Shown piece after piece: positions 37,475 through 49,157 of a stretch of 64,000 bases of DNA (the stretch's first letter is position 1; each line of letters starts with the position of its first letter). The position numbers and the translations under genes are program-made. The stretch comes from a virus, in IMG/VR virus record IMGVR_UViG_3300025070_000019, positions 1-64,000 of that record; one strand, given 5' to 3'. The notes below the pieces were generated by a model that searched no databases, was not told the DNA's origin, and saw only the letters and a list, made by a program, of their open reading frames with translations.

Positions 37475-40400
37475 TGGCTATTGATAGAAAATCAAGATTA
37501 AAACCAGGATCAATACATCCTACATTAGTAGATGAAACTAGTGGTTTACAAGTAAATCCTGATACAGGAATTTTAAATGCTACAAGTCTAAAAAATGAAA
37601 TCAATACCTTTGATCAAAGATTTAACAACTTGCCTTGGAAACAAGTTATTAATGTTCAAGAAGTATTTGACGATGTAGATATCACAGATGAAGCTACTCA
37701 AGTTTTAGAATTAAATCACATCCTTGTACCTGGCAATACATATTACAGTCGTACAGATAAAGCTTTTTATATATACATAAAAGATGTAACTAATATAGAT
37801 TCTGCATGGCAACCTACAAACTGGATTGCAGCTAATAGAATAGAAGGTTTTTTAAAAATACCTTTAACTTTAGATTATGCTGATAAAGAATATGTAAATA
37901 CTCAAGTTTCACAGCTTGTAGGTGTAGATCAGCAAACTTTACAAAGCATACAAGACTTATTAGATTACATTGCTAACAATCCAACAGCAAATATTATTGG
38001 CAGAATAACAGCTTTAGAAACTAACAAAGCCAATCGAAGTGAAATTTACACTCAAGATATTATTGATAATAAGCTTCAAACTATTAATACAAATATTGAT
38101 TTACTATCTGATTCTATAATGACCCCTGCAAATTATTCTTGCGGCAATGACCCTCTAGACTCTGATAATAATATAAATGATTTATATAATAATACTAAAG
38201 TAAGAATAGTAGACGACTTTACCTTGAATTATTTAATTAAACAAGGCGTAGAAATTTCAGAAACCCCACTAATAATAGATCAAGCACCAGTTCTTTTTAC
38301 AGGTTTGCAACCTCAAAAGAACTACATGTTTAGCAGGCTTAATAAAGTTGAAATAAATCGCAATTTATCTTTACAACAAGGCAATTCAGATCAAATAACA
38401 TTCAATAATATTTGGTTTGCTTATGGATTTGAAGTTAAATCTACTTCTGCTTATGTAAAATTAACTTTTAATAATTGTTTGTTTGAAAATACATCCCTTG
38501 CAGGAGGGAGTGTATTTTCTTCTTTAGTTGAAGATGCAAATGTAAATCGTATTGATTTAGAATTTTACAATTGTACATTTAACTTAACTAACAATTTATT
38601 AATAAAACGAGCAAATGTATCATTTGATAATTGTTTCTTTTTAGATTCTGCTAATAAGGATCAAATAAACTTATATAATAATTGCGACGCAAAAGTTATT
38701 AATTCTCATTCAGAATCTTGTATCAACATATACGACAATTCTTTACTTGAGTTACAAGGATGTAGTTTTAAGAAAACTACAGGATCTGAGTCTTACCTTG
38801 ATATAAGAAATTTAGATGTCAACTTAAGTCCTTCATTAGTTAAATTAAAAGATATTACCTTTGACACTTATGAAACATTTACTAGTGATTATATATCTGG
38901 TACAGGTGAGTTATATTTAGATTATAATATAATAGAGCAAAATTTAAGATCTGCTTTAGTAGATGGAACTAAGATTATAGTACCAAGAATATCCTCTATG
39001 TTAAATGCAGGCTCTGGTATTGAGTTAAATAAGTTTTTTCAACCTTATGGTAGTGAAAACTTTTTCTATAATGATGAGTTCGCAAGAGATGCTATTGGAG
39101 CTATGATTACCTCAAGTACTCATAGCTCAGGTATTGTTTGGACTTACAATGATAACAATAATAAACTTAGTCTTTCATTAGAAACATTATCATCTATAGA
39201 TTTAGCAGATACCAATAACATTGCTTATAAAGATGAAGAAAATGTATTTTCAGGAACTTTAAATGCTTTTCAAAACATAAGTACAAATATAATAACAAAT
39301 TCTGCTACTTTATCTACAGGCAGTGTAAAATCAACAACAGGTAATATAGACACATTAGAAAGCGCAAACCTTACTACTACTACACAGTTGTCTACTGACA
39401 ACTCTACAAAAGCAGCTACAACTGCTTTTGTACAAGAACGTTTTAGTAACTTAGTTGCACAATTCAATAGCACTGAACTTACTGAACTTTCAGATGTAAC
39501 AATCACAAGTGCAACTTTATCTAGCAGTCAAGTTTTAAAATATGATTCTAATACTACTCAATGGATTAATGCTCAATTAGATTTTGATGACTTACTTGAT
39601 ACAGATAAAGTTGTTACAGAAAATGATTCTGTATTTAAATTAGGACAAATAGATCCTCCTACAGATCAAAGAGATAATGGTGCTATACCAGAAACAACTA
39701 GATATTTATCTACTAATCAAGTTTTAGCTTGGAATGGTATTGACAGAATTGATGAAGGTACAGGAGATGAAGATCCTAATGCTAAATATATACCTGTACT
39801 TATAAATGAAATAATTTTATATGCACAAGAAGCTAACAGTCAGCAAGGTGAAACAGTAGCAGGAGCTGGTATAATTACTATTGCTTCTACAGAAGGAGTA
39901 AGAGATGGCACAGATCTTAATAAAGCTGTTATACCTCCTTACCTATATAAACATTATTTAAGAAGAGATGCATCTAATATTGATCCATCTGAAACTCAAA
40001 GTGCAAGAGATAACCTTGATATAGACTCTGAATTTGTAAAGATTGATTTAAGCAATGCCACAACTGCTGCTAATTATAGAAGTCATATAGGCTTACCTGC
40101 TCTTGAAGCAGGTAAATATCTAGTTGGAACTGCTAGTAATTGGACAAATACAGATAGAACATTAGGTTATTTACAACCAGAAGGTTTAGATTTTACTTCC
40201 TCACCTAGTAGTAAATGGGATCTTTCACCTTCTTATTTTTATAATGTTAAAACACCTGCTAATGAAACTAAATATGTTGTATTACCTGATATAAATTCTA
40301 TGAATCCTCAAGGTGGTACAATCAGAATTAAAAAAGAAAATGGTTCTACACATGCAACTGCTGGAACAGTTTCTATACGTGCTAATGACTCAGATGATGT

Positions 40401-41499
40401 TATTATAACTGCTGATAATGAAGTCATTACTTCTTCAGGAAGTAATGAAGCACAAATAGACATACTTGTTGCAGGTCATACTGTTGATTTATATGTAGGT
40501 TATAGCATTGCTTTGAATAAAAGAGTTTGGTATGCATTCGGTTATTACTATAATAGTGCAGATCAAACACAACCTGTACCAGTTATTGATTTAACTCAAG
40601 AAGCTACAGAAGATGCTATTATATCATTATTCAATCATAATGATCATTCACCAGCACTATCTGTTAATTATGATGACCCGAATCATCAAGTAGAACTTAA
40701 TTTAGCTTTTGCTTCTCAAGCTGAAGTTACAGCAGGCACTATAGATAATTTACCTATTGCTCCTAATACCTTAAAATCAATCACAAATGATATAGATACT
40801 TCTATTACAGATTTAGAAACTTTAGCTAGCAATACATATTTAGCTAAAGATAGTAATTTAGATGATTTACAAGATGTACCTACAGCAAGAACTAATTTAG
40901 GTTTAGGTACTGCAGCTACATATAATGTTGGTATAAATTCTGGTGAGTTATTATTAAATGGAACATTACTACCTAATAAATTTACTTATTTTAACGGTAC
41001 TAATTTAGTTACAAATGATTTACCTATAGCTACTTCAACAATAAATGGTTTAATTCAAACAACAACTATCACAGATGTAATTACTACAAATGCTTTATCT
41101 GATACTAAAGCATTGACCCCTTATGATTTAAATGAAGCCATAACTACTAATGTAGGTACTTCTACTATACGTGATAACATTTTAAGTTTAACCAATACTT
41201 TAAAATATGAATATACCAACAATGCTACTGTAAATGCTACAGTTACTAAGCATTATTCATTAAGAGCAGACCCTAATAGTATCGTTGTAAATTTACCAGA
41301 TATTACAACTGTTGCTACTGGTGCAAGAATTAGTATTAAATTAAAAAGATTAGTTAATAACAATACTGTTACAATAAACCCATATAGTAATCAAACAATA
41401 GATGACGACACATCTAGCTTTGTACTAGATGTTGTCGGTCAAGCAATTACTTTAGTAGCAGGTAATGATAATAATGAAACTGATTGGGAGATTGTATAA
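37474..41499 (+). CDS. large tail-fibre/virion protein
   Basis: Beta-helix-like segment, DNSTKAATTAFV, ARTNLGLGTAA fibre motifs. Confidence 0.75.
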   Translation: MAIDRKSRLKPGSIHPTLVDETSGLQVNPDTGILNATSLKNEINTFDQRFNNLPWKQVINVQEVFDDVDITDEATQVLELNHILVPGNTYYSRTDKAFYIYIKDVTNIDSAWQPTNWIAANRIEGFLKIPLTLDYADKEYVNTQVSQLVGVDQQTLQSIQDLLDYIANNPTANIIGRITALETNKANRSEIYTQDIIDNKLQTINTNIDLLSDSIMTPANYSCGNDPLDSDNNINDLYNNTKVRIVDDFTLNYLIKQGVEISETPLIIDQAPVLFTGLQPQKNYMFSRLNKVEINRNLSLQQGNSDQITFNNIWFAYGFEVKSTSAYVKLTFNNCLFENTSLAGGSVFSSLVEDANVNRIDLEFYNCTFNLTNNLLIKRANVSFDNCFFLDSANKDQINLYNNCDAKVINSHSESCINIYDNSLLELQGCSFKKTTGSESYLDIRNLDVNLSPSLVKLKDITFDTYETFTSDYISGTGELYLDYNIIEQNLRSALVDGTKIIVPRISSMLNAGSGIELNKFFQPYGSENFFYNDEFARDAIGAMITSSTHSSGIVWTYNDNNNKLSLSLETLSSIDLADTNNIAYKDEENVFSGTLNAFQNISTNIITNSATLSTGSVKSTTGNIDTLESANLTTTTQLSTDNSTKAATTAFVQERFSNLVAQFNSTELTELSDVTITSATLSSSQVLKYDSNTTQWINAQLDFDDLLDTDKVVTENDSVFKLGQIDPPTDQRDNGAIPETTRYLSTNQVLAWNGIDRIDEGTGDEDPNAKYIPVLINEIILYAQEANSQQGETVAGAGIITIASTEGVRDGTDLNKAVIPPYLYKHYLRRDASNIDPSETQSARDNLDIDSEFVKIDLSNATTAANYRSHIGLPALEAGKYLVGTASNWTNTDRTLGYLQPEGLDFTSSPSSKWDLSPSYFYNVKTPANETKYVVLPDINSMNPQGGTIRIKKENGSTHATAGTVSIRANDSDDVIITADNEVITSSGSNEAQIDILVAGHTVDLYVGYSIALNKRVWYAFGYYYNSADQTQPVPVIDLTQEATEDAIISLFNHNDHSPALSVNYDDPNHQVELNLAFASQAEVTAGTIDNLPIAPNTLKSITNDIDTSITDLETLASNTYLAKDSNLDDLQDVPTARTNLGLGTAATYNVGINSGELLLNGTLLPNKFTYFNGTNLVTNDLPIATSTINGLIQTTTITDVITTNALSDTKALTPYDLNEAITTNVGTSTIRDNILSLTNTLKYEYTNNATVNATVTKHYSLRADPNSIVVNLPDITTVATGARISIKLKRLVNNNTVTINPYSNQTIDDDTSSFVLDVVGQAITLVAGNDNNETDWEIV

Positions 41500-42008
41500 T
41501 GAGTCATAATTTAACAAAAGTTTTAAATCAACCTGGTTTAAAAGAAATTGATAATTCGAATCAATTTATAAATGTAACATTAGATACAGATAATGTAGAT
41601 GAAGGTGTTACCAATCTTTATTATACAGATGCTCGTGGATTAGCTACTATGCGAGCTAATCCTATTATACAAGATCGGCATTTTTATACTGTTGATGAAC
41701 TTGCAGTTAAACAAGGCGATTTATATTGGCGAATCATATCGCCAATAAAACTTTTGCAAGCTAAAGCTTATGTTGGTACACCATCAGTAGGTGCAGATAT
41801 TTCTTTACATGTAATAAAGAATGATTCTACAGCACCTGAAGATTTACTATATGATTTAGACATTACATCTACAACCAATGAAGTTTATATTGATGATGAA
41901 TATACTTTAGCTGTAGGTGATTATTTACGTGTCGATGTAGTACAAATTGGTACTACTACAAAAGGTTCAGACCTTATTGTATCTTTTAAATATCATTCAA
42001 TACTTTAA
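41499..42008 (+). CDS. putative virion/fibre-associated protein
   Basis: TDNVDEGVTNLYYTDAR motif; L.VDVVQIG...GSDL; TAATG coupling. Confidence 0.65.
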   Translation: MSHNLTKVLNQPGLKEIDNSNQFINVTLDTDNVDEGVTNLYYTDARGLATMRANPIIQDRHFYTVDELAVKQGDLYWRIISPIKLLQAKAYVGTPSVGADISLHVIKNDSTAPEDLLYDLDITSTTNEVYIDDEYTLAVGDYLRVDVVQIGTTTKGSDLIVSFKYHSIL

Positions 42009-42024
42009 TTAAGGATTATATATT

Positions 42025-44241
42025 ATGGCTGTTGTTAAAGAAATTACAGGAAAACTTTTAATTGCTGATCGTGATAATGGAACAACAAGTAGTGGTCAAA
42101 TTGCACTACCTGAAGTTTCAATTATAAATGACAACAATACTGTACTTATAGAAAATGAATCTCAACAAACTCTTTACTTGAATAACGAAGCTCATGATTC
42201 TGTTACATTAACACCATATTTTGATAAAAAAGCAACAGGTATAAAAAGAAATGCTAAAAATGTTTTTAATCAATTTTCTAATAACATGCTTTTAACTTCA
42301 AAACCTCAATGTAGAACTAATTGGAATGATGATACATATACTGCTAGCACATATTGGGACAATTGTAGTTTAGATGCTATAAAATATAGCAATGAAACAT
42401 TTCATAAAAACTTAACATCAGAAGCCTATGATTTTAATCCTAATTTTTATAAGTTTACAGCTAACAATCAAGAATATACTCTTTTGTTATCTTATGCATT
42501 TGAAGACATTGGAAATGTAGCTCAAGCAATTGAAAACACAACTCATTTTACTATAATAAAAGGTGATGACTATTCTAATCCAATTGCTACTTTAGAGTTA
42601 GACTATAGTAATAACGGTTTATATCCAGACAATATTCATTATAGCACAAAATTACCTTTATATTTTGAAATATTAACTATAGATACAACAAATCTTTCTA
42701 GTTGTTTTGCAGTTTTACATTTTACTGCTTATCGTGAGTATCAATATGAATATATTAAAGGTCAAGGTTTAATTACACTTAATTTTGATTTAAATACTTT
42801 TGCATGGAAATCTTCACCTATAAATTTAATATTTCCCAATCCAGTTTTCCCTGCAAATCAAGATTCGATTTTAGCTGATCTTGATTTGCAGACTGCACCA
42901 CCAAGTAAAACTAATAAATTATCACATAACTTATTTTATTGTGGAAAAGATACATCTTCTAATCATATTTTTATGGATATAAATTTAGACCATGATTATG
43001 CTTCTGATGGTGGAGCAATAGCTGATGGAGAAATTTCATTTACATTATATGAATTAGATGAAGTAAATATGATTTTAGATGCAACAACTAGATTTGTTGC
43101 ATCAGATAATAATATTGCAAACGTAAAAACAATAACAGATAATTATGTAAATGGAGATTTAATAAATATATATTGTTCTAAGTTTCAAGCTTTAGATAGT
43201 AACAAATCTAATACAATGTATTCTTACATTGCAGCTTTTGATAATTCTGGCAATTTCAAACCAATAAGAATAATATGGAATAAAAATATAGTTATTAGCA
43301 ATTACGCAGGCACTGGTACTGCACCATTATATGTAGATGAATGTACAGTTACTTTTCCTAATTCTAATCCATCTACTAATTATATTAAGAATTGGGCTTC
43401 TAACTATGCAGATGCTGCAGATACTTTAGATTCTGTAGCATCTAGCAATTATAGAAGTTTACCAAACATACCTTTATTTATGAAAAGTTTATCATTATTG
43501 AGTCCAACAGATAATACTATAAACTTTACTTACCTTTTTAAGAAAAATGAATTAGCTAATCATTTTCATGCTGCTGACGCTCTGCATTCAGATTTAACTT
43601 CTTTTTCAATTGATGTATCAGATTTTGCAACTAATTCTGATTTAAATTTAACTTATCAGTCTTCATATACTTTAAAAGCTTTAGATTTAATCTACAATTC
43701 TGCAGTTAATAAAATTAAAGCAATTACTCCTACAGGTATAAAAATGCTTTCATATTCAGCAAATGCATGGGTTTTATCTTCAGAACATACAGGCATTTAC
43801 AATGTATTAGCAGAGGATAGTTATGGGCGCAATTGGGCTTTAAATATGCCTGTAGCAGATTTAAGCTCTTTAAGTGATTCTGCTTTGCAGTACATTTATT
43901 TAAATGTAAAAAATGTAGATATGAAGTTAGAATTATTATCAGATACGCTTCCACACGTAACATCTTTATCATTAGAAACACCAAATCAGACCTATGCTGG
44001 GTCTGATTTAAACAATCGTTTAATTGTAAATGCATATGATGAAACAAATGTTAGAATTGCAAAAGATGTACGTTTAACTATTGAAGGCAACAACTGTACA
44101 TTTGATGCAGATTTTGCACAAGGTATTACTGCAGGTGCTACTACAGCAGTAGTTACTACATCTACTAGTGCAGATACATTTGTTGATATAACAATTACTA
44201 ATTCTGGCTTAATTAATGTATCAGCATCATTTGATCTATAA
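42025..44241 (+). CDS. putative virion structural protein
   Basis: Long N/S/T-rich beta protein in structural cassette. Confidence 0.6.
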   Translation: MAVVKEITGKLLIADRDNGTTSSGQIALPEVSIINDNNTVLIENESQQTLYLNNEAHDSVTLTPYFDKKATGIKRNAKNVFNQFSNNMLLTSKPQCRTNWNDDTYTASTYWDNCSLDAIKYSNETFHKNLTSEAYDFNPNFYKFTANNQEYTLLLSYAFEDIGNVAQAIENTTHFTIIKGDDYSNPIATLELDYSNNGLYPDNIHYSTKLPLYFEILTIDTTNLSSCFAVLHFTAYREYQYEYIKGQGLITLNFDLNTFAWKSSPINLIFPNPVFPANQDSILADLDLQTAPPSKTNKLSHNLFYCGKDTSSNHIFMDINLDHDYASDGGAIADGEISFTLYELDEVNMILDATTRFVASDNNIANVKTITDNYVNGDLINIYCSKFQALDSNKSNTMYSYIAAFDNSGNFKPIRIIWNKNIVISNYAGTGTAPLYVDECTVTFPNSNPSTNYIKNWASNYADAADTLDSVASSNYRSLPNIPLFMKSLSLLSPTDNTINFTYLFKKNELANHFHAADALHSDLTSFSIDVSDFATNSDLNLTYQSSYTLKALDLIYNSAVNKIKAITPTGIKMLSYSANAWVLSSEHTGIYNVLAEDSYGRNWALNMPVADLSSLSDSALQYIYLNVKNVDMKLELLSDTLPHVTSLSLETPNQTYAGSDLNNRLIVNAYDETNVRIAKDVRLTIEGNNCTFDADFAQGITAGATTAVVTTSTSADTFVDITITNSGLINVSASFDL

Positions 44242-44252
44242 GGATAAAGCTC

Positions 44253-44831
44253 ATGGCATTACATGGATTTGTAGATAGCGTAAAAGAAACATTATCTTTT
44301 CAAGTAAAAGATAATTATTTTGTAGTTAATAATCAAACTAGAGAGAAAAAACTTTTATCATTTGATTTAAAAGTATTTCTGTTTGATGAATTTTTATCTT
44401 CTCAAAACCACACTAATGTTAATTTTAATTCTTATAATTCATTTGAACTATTTGAGAATGTAGAAGAAGAATCTTACTCTAACCAACCTACATATAATGG
44501 TTCTACTGGAGTAGTATCTAAGCTTATGCATTATGTAAATAAAGCATATTCTTATAGAAATAATACTTTAAGTTATACTACATCTATAGTATCTACAAAT
44601 ATAGATTTTCTTAAATCAACACAACCAACTTACACTTATGATGAAAATGACATAAATTATTTTAGTAAAAACTTAATAACTTATATTTCAGGTGCTGATG
44701 TTGATATAAATATAGAGTATAACAAATCACAAGATTACGTTAACCAATACTTCGAAGAAGAACCTTCATCTAATGGAGGAGGTTCTGAAGAACCTCCAGA
44801 AGTTACTGGTTTAAAAGAATTTTGGGCATAG
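44253..44831 (+). CDS. hypothetical (structural cassette)
   Basis: AAGGA RBS. Confidence 0.6.
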   Translation: MALHGFVDSVKETLSFQVKDNYFVVNNQTREKKLLSFDLKVFLFDEFLSSQNHTNVNFNSYNSFELFENVEEESYSNQPTYNGSTGVVSKLMHYVNKAYSYRNNTLSYTTSIVSTNIDFLKSTQPTYTYDENDINYFSKNLITYISGADVDINIEYNKSQDYVNQYFEEEPSSNGGGSEEPPEVTGLKEFWA

Positions 44832-45145
44832 GAGATATTATGACTGTTGTTACTATATATAATTCTACAGTTACTACTACAAATTTAACTAACATTACAA
44901 ATAGAGCGCGTTTAGTTACGCATGACTTAAGTAGTCAACTAACTAATAACTCGTTGATATTTATTTTATCACCACCAGCAGTGATTGAAAGTGTTCAAGT
45001 AGTTGTAGATGGTCTTACTTTAAAGCCATCTACAGCTAATGTCGTTGGTGATTACAGTTTGAATAATGCGACTCAACTAGAGCTTCTATTTAATTCACCC
45101 TTATCTACTAGCTCTACTATATTAGCAATTTACGAAGAGGCATAA
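44822..45145 (+). CDS. putative virion protein (probable start 44840)
   Basis: HDLSSQ...FILSP, V.VDGL; paralogue of 37103 ORF. Confidence 0.6.
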   Translation: MGIGDIMTVVTIYNSTVTTTNLTNITNRARLVTHDLSSQLTNNSLIFILSPPAVIESVQVVVDGLTLKPSTANVVGDYSLNNATQLELLFNSPLSTSSTILAIYEEA

Positions 45146-45147
45146 AA

Positions 45148-45483
45148 ATGGCACGTATCACTAAAATAAAAAGAGATAGTTTAGATTTACCTGAAATATT
45201 TGCATCTGGTTATCAAACAGATGCAAATGGCAAAGTTATAACTGGTTACAAATGGAAAACACATGTTCCATCTTTAAGTCAAGGTATTCATACACAGTTC
45301 CAACTACCAGACCCAGTATTAGTTGTTAATAACGTTGAATTAATATTTTTATTTGTAAATGGTGTTCAAATAACTGCAGATAAAATTTCGTTGCAAAGCC
45401 AAAATAGCTTAGTAATATACAGCAATACTGAATTCAGTATTGATCAAGATGATGTAGTTGAAATAAAATACGTAGCAGCTTAA
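45148..45483 (+). CDS. putative virion protein
   Basis: LFVNGVQ, D.VEIKY. Confidence 0.6.
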   Translation: MARITKIKRDSLDLPEIFASGYQTDANGKVITGYKWKTHVPSLSQGIHTQFQLPDPVLVVNNVELIFLFVNGVQITADKISLQSQNSLVIYSNTEFSIDQDDVVEIKYVAA

Positions 45484-45493
45484 GAGGTTTACA

Positions 45494-47281
45494 ATGAAAA
45501 TTAAATCTAAACAACTAGAAGAAAATTTAGGTTCTCAATCTTCTCCATTTACATCTGTGCATTCTTCAGATTTTACTGGTAGCTTAACAGGACCTATTCG
45601 GTTTAAAGCTAAAAACGAAACAGGCGTTGCAGTAGCTAAGGGTGTTCCAGTTTATATAAATGGAGTTAGTGGTGATGTCCCAACCATTGCTCTTGCAGAT
45701 TCCGATACAATAAATATGCCTTGTGTTGGTTTAACAGAATCTGCAGCTAATAATAATGCTGAAGTTTATATTGTAAGTTTCGGTAATCTTACAGGTTTAA
45801 ATACAGCCGCTTTAGGTACAGATATTGTTGGAGATACTGTATATATAAGTACAACAGCAGGTGCTTTAACTTTAACGCCTCCAGCAGGCAGTTCAAGTAA
45901 GTTACAAAATATAGGTCAAGTAATAAGAGAGCATGCAACAGATGGCATTATTAAAGTTGGTGGTGCAGGCCGTACAGCTGCAACACCAAACTTAGATCAA
46001 GGTAAAATATTTATTGGCAATGCTTCTAATCAATCATCTTCAAGTGTTTATACATTACCCATTGCAGATGGTAGTAGTGGGCAAGTACTTACTACTGATG
46101 GTTCTGGAGCAGTTACATTTCAAGATGCTAGTGGAGGTGGTGGTAGTTCTGCTGCTGATGATATTACTGCTGGTGATGCAGCAGTTAATATCACTACAAC
46201 ATCTGGTAATATTACTATTGATGCTCAAGCAAATGATTCTGATATCATATTTAAAGGTACAGATAATAATTCTGATATAACTATGTTAACTTTAGATGGT
46301 TCAGACTCTGGTACAGCTATATTTAATAATAATTTAAAACTTAAAAGTGATTACAGCGTTTTATATTTTGGTTCAGATGACGATGTACTTGTACAACATG
46401 ACCCAGATGATGGTTTAAAGTTTCAAGTAAGTTATAGCAATGAAAGTATTCGAGACCCAAGGTTTACATTTCAAACAACTTCTGGAAACAATTCTGTAGG
46501 CCCTTATCTAACTTTTATGCATAGTGGTAGTGACTCTAATAATGATACTATTGGTAATCTTGAATTTAGAGCTGCTACTACTACTAGTAATATACTTTCT
46601 GGAACAACAGATTACGCTTTAATCAAAGCTAAAATTTTAGATAGAACTAATGCAACTAGATCTGCAGAAGTTTCTATTGCTACTCAAAGTAATGGAACCT
46701 CTACTACTGCATTACAAGTTTACGGTAATTCATCTAATACAAATGTAATAACCAAAATAAATAAAATAGTTAATGTAGCTGATCATGATGGTACTACAGG
46801 TTTACAATTAGCAGGTACTTTAGTTACTACTACTGCTGCAGAACTTAACATTATGGATGGTGATACTTCAGCAACTTCTACTACTTTAGTAGATGCTGAC
46901 CGTATTATAATTAATGATGCTGGAACAATGAAGCAAGTTGCATTAACAGATGTTATGACATATGTTAATGCAAATGTATCTGGTGGTGGTGGATTTACAT
47001 ACACAGCAATCACATCAGCATCTTCACCCGTTGCAGGAGCAGCCTCAACTCATTATTCAGCAGATACATCAGGCGGAGCGATCACAATCAATCTTCCTGC
47101 TTTGAGTGGTGTGACGGCAGGCACTGAGATTCGAGTAAAACTTAAAACAGCAGGAAATACATTGACTCTTGATGGTAATCTATCAGAGACAATCGACGGC
47201 TCAACCACATACACTCTCACAGTACAAAACCAAGCTGTCACTCTTGTGAGTGATGGATCATCAAATTGGGAGGTCATCTAA
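45494..47281 (+). CDS. tail-fibre-like protein
   Basis: DGSSGQVLTTDGSG, TAAELNIMDG motifs; C-terminal domain shared with 37474 ORF. Confidence 0.72.
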   Translation: MKIKSKQLEENLGSQSSPFTSVHSSDFTGSLTGPIRFKAKNETGVAVAKGVPVYINGVSGDVPTIALADSDTINMPCVGLTESAANNNAEVYIVSFGNLTGLNTAALGTDIVGDTVYISTTAGALTLTPPAGSSSKLQNIGQVIREHATDGIIKVGGAGRTAATPNLDQGKIFIGNASNQSSSSVYTLPIADGSSGQVLTTDGSGAVTFQDASGGGGSSAADDITAGDAAVNITTTSGNITIDAQANDSDIIFKGTDNNSDITMLTLDGSDSGTAIFNNNLKLKSDYSVLYFGSDDDVLVQHDPDDGLKFQVSYSNESIRDPRFTFQTTSGNNSVGPYLTFMHSGSDSNNDTIGNLEFRAATTTSNILSGTTDYALIKAKILDRTNATRSAEVSIATQSNGTSTTALQVYGNSSNTNVITKINKIVNVADHDGTTGLQLAGTLVTTTAAELNIMDGDTSATSTTLVDADRIIINDAGTMKQVALTDVMTYVNANVSGGGGFTYTAITSASSPVAGAASTHYSADTSGGAITINLPALSGVTAGTEIRVKLKTAGNTLTLDGNLSETIDGSTTYTLTVQNQAVTLVSDGSSNWEVI

Positions 47282-47916
47282 TGAGTCATAATAAAATAAC
47301 AGTAGCAAGTCAAAGCCCTGATTCAAATGGTGATGTTTCGATTGATGTTGCCAATATGTCAGATGTAAATATTAGTACACCATCCGACAATCAAGTATTG
47401 CAATATTCGACAGCATCAAGCCAATGGCAAAATCAAACTCTTTCAGTCGGGTCAGGCTTGCTTGTTCTAGGTCAAGGGGATTCGGACGCATACAGTAATA
47501 GCGGTGCTAGTTCAATGAGTGGAGACGTTTATTTATATGCTCCCTCAGCTTCTATTGTAAATACTCTCGGTGCAACAATCACTAAATATCTTGCCACAGA
47601 TTGGGTCACATCCATCACATTGCCTCCTGGTAATTATCAAGCTATGATCACTTATAGAGTTGAGTTTTCAGCAAGTGGATATTTCAATTACGGATTAACA
47701 GACACAAGCGGAACAACAGAGTATACATCAAGAGCATATATCGGGGAAGATAGGACAAACATTGATAATGCGGCTAGTACTGCTCTGGGCTATTTTGAAT
47801 TAGCCTCATCAACTACAGTTATTTTGCATAATAACGCTTCCTCTGGCGTTGCTTCAGTAGCAAGCCAAGGAAACACCCCTGCCGAATTTAGTACTTTAAT
47901 GATTCGGAGCGTGTAA
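47281..47916 (+). CDS. fibre-associated protein
   Basis: SDVNI..P.DNQVLQY....QWQN; TAATG coupling. Confidence 0.65.
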   Translation: MSHNKITVASQSPDSNGDVSIDVANMSDVNISTPSDNQVLQYSTASSQWQNQTLSVGSGLLVLGQGDSDAYSNSGASSMSGDVYLYAPSASIVNTLGATITKYLATDWVTSITLPPGNYQAMITYRVEFSASGYFNYGLTDTSGTTEYTSRAYIGEDRTNIDNAASTALGYFELASSTTVILHNNASSGVASVASQGNTPAEFSTLMIRSV

Positions 47917-47917
47917 A

Positions 47918-48523
47918 ATGTCTCATTTATTAAACTCTGTAAATAATGTTAAAAGCTCAAGTGATGGAAATATAAATCTAGGTTTATCTAGTTTAATGAG
48001 TTCACCCTCTGATACTGATGTAGTGGGTATTGATGGCGGTGGAAGTTCTAAGAAATTGGCAATAGGAACTAATGTTGGGGATCTTGCTATGTCTTATGTA
48101 GTCCAGTCGGCAGGCTGGGCAGGTTCAGGTACGATCACAGAGGGATATAATACTTATTTAAGAGGGAGTAGTTGTACAGTAGAGGAAAACACATCAATTA
48201 TTACAAGACATGCCGCAGGAGGGGCTTCTTGGTTGCAGGGCTGGACTTTAGTAGCGGGCAATTATTTAATGTTAGCAAGCTGGGGGTTTAGTTTGTCAAG
48301 CGGTGGGAATTGTAATGTACAGTTTTATAATGCGACCACTGCGGCATATGTGGGGCCTAAAATGCACTTTATAACAGGCAATTTTAGCAATCGATTGATT
48401 TATCATGCTAACATCTCTAGTAGTACTCGATTCGAGTTGAGAGCGCGTGATGTTGTTAATAATGTAAATTTATTTGATGCGTCAAGTATGTTCGCATGTA
48501 CAATACAAATATTTAAAGTTTAA
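47918..48523 (+). CDS. fibre-associated protein
   Basis: MSH.. start as in 47281 ORF; L.AGNY beta-sandwich pattern. Confidence 0.6.
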   Translation: MSHLLNSVNNVKSSSDGNINLGLSSLMSSPSDTDVVGIDGGGSSKKLAIGTNVGDLAMSYVVQSAGWAGSGTITEGYNTYLRGSSCTVEENTSIITRHAAGGASWLQGWTLVAGNYLMLASWGFSLSSGGNCNVQFYNATTAAYVGPKMHFITGNFSNRLIYHANISSSTRFELRARDVVNNVNLFDASSMFACTIQIFKV

Positions 48524-48540
48524 AAAATTAGGAGTTTATT

Positions 48541-48903
48541 ATGTATGTCACTGTAAAATGTAATCAATCTTTAACTGTTGGTCAAGTCGTATCTTATAGT
48601 TTATCGAGTAATCAATGGGAGGTTGCAAACTCAATCTCTGAAGAGATCTCAGTAGTCAAAGATATGCCCTACAACAACGGAACAGATGAGAATCCTGAAT
48701 ATGTTTGTAAAATTCTTGTCTCTGGTCCTGTTCGTTGTTTCGCTTCAAGAGATATACCAGTGCAAGGAGGTCAATTGAATATTGAGAACGGAAAAGTATT
48801 TGTTGATAATTCGCTCACAGAATCAACAGGATTCATCGTGCCCAAAGACATCAATGAAGCTGATCGAGTTGTTGACTCTTCTGTTGTTATTGTTTTGAGG
48901 TAA
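48541..48903 (+). CDS. putative structural protein
   Basis: AGGAG RBS. Confidence 0.55.
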   Translation: MYVTVKCNQSLTVGQVVSYSLSSNQWEVANSISEEISVVKDMPYNNGTDENPEYVCKILVSGPVRCFASRDIPVQGGQLNIENGKVFVDNSLTESTGFIVPKDINEADRVVDSSVVIVLR

Positions 48904-49157
48904 TCATGACAATTTATGTAAATGTGATATTTCAAATTCTTGGCCTGTTTAGCACTGTAATCGATGTGATTTAGTATGTATCAAACATGATCAACAGTTT
49001 ACGGAATGGATCTTCTGCTACAGATAAATTTTATAATATTAATTTATCAACATACTCAATTTAATATATTATAAATAGTAAATTGAAATTATCTTTTACA
49101 ATAAATTATTATATTTTTGGTTAACCAAAAAACAAAACCCTAATTAGGAGACACCTC

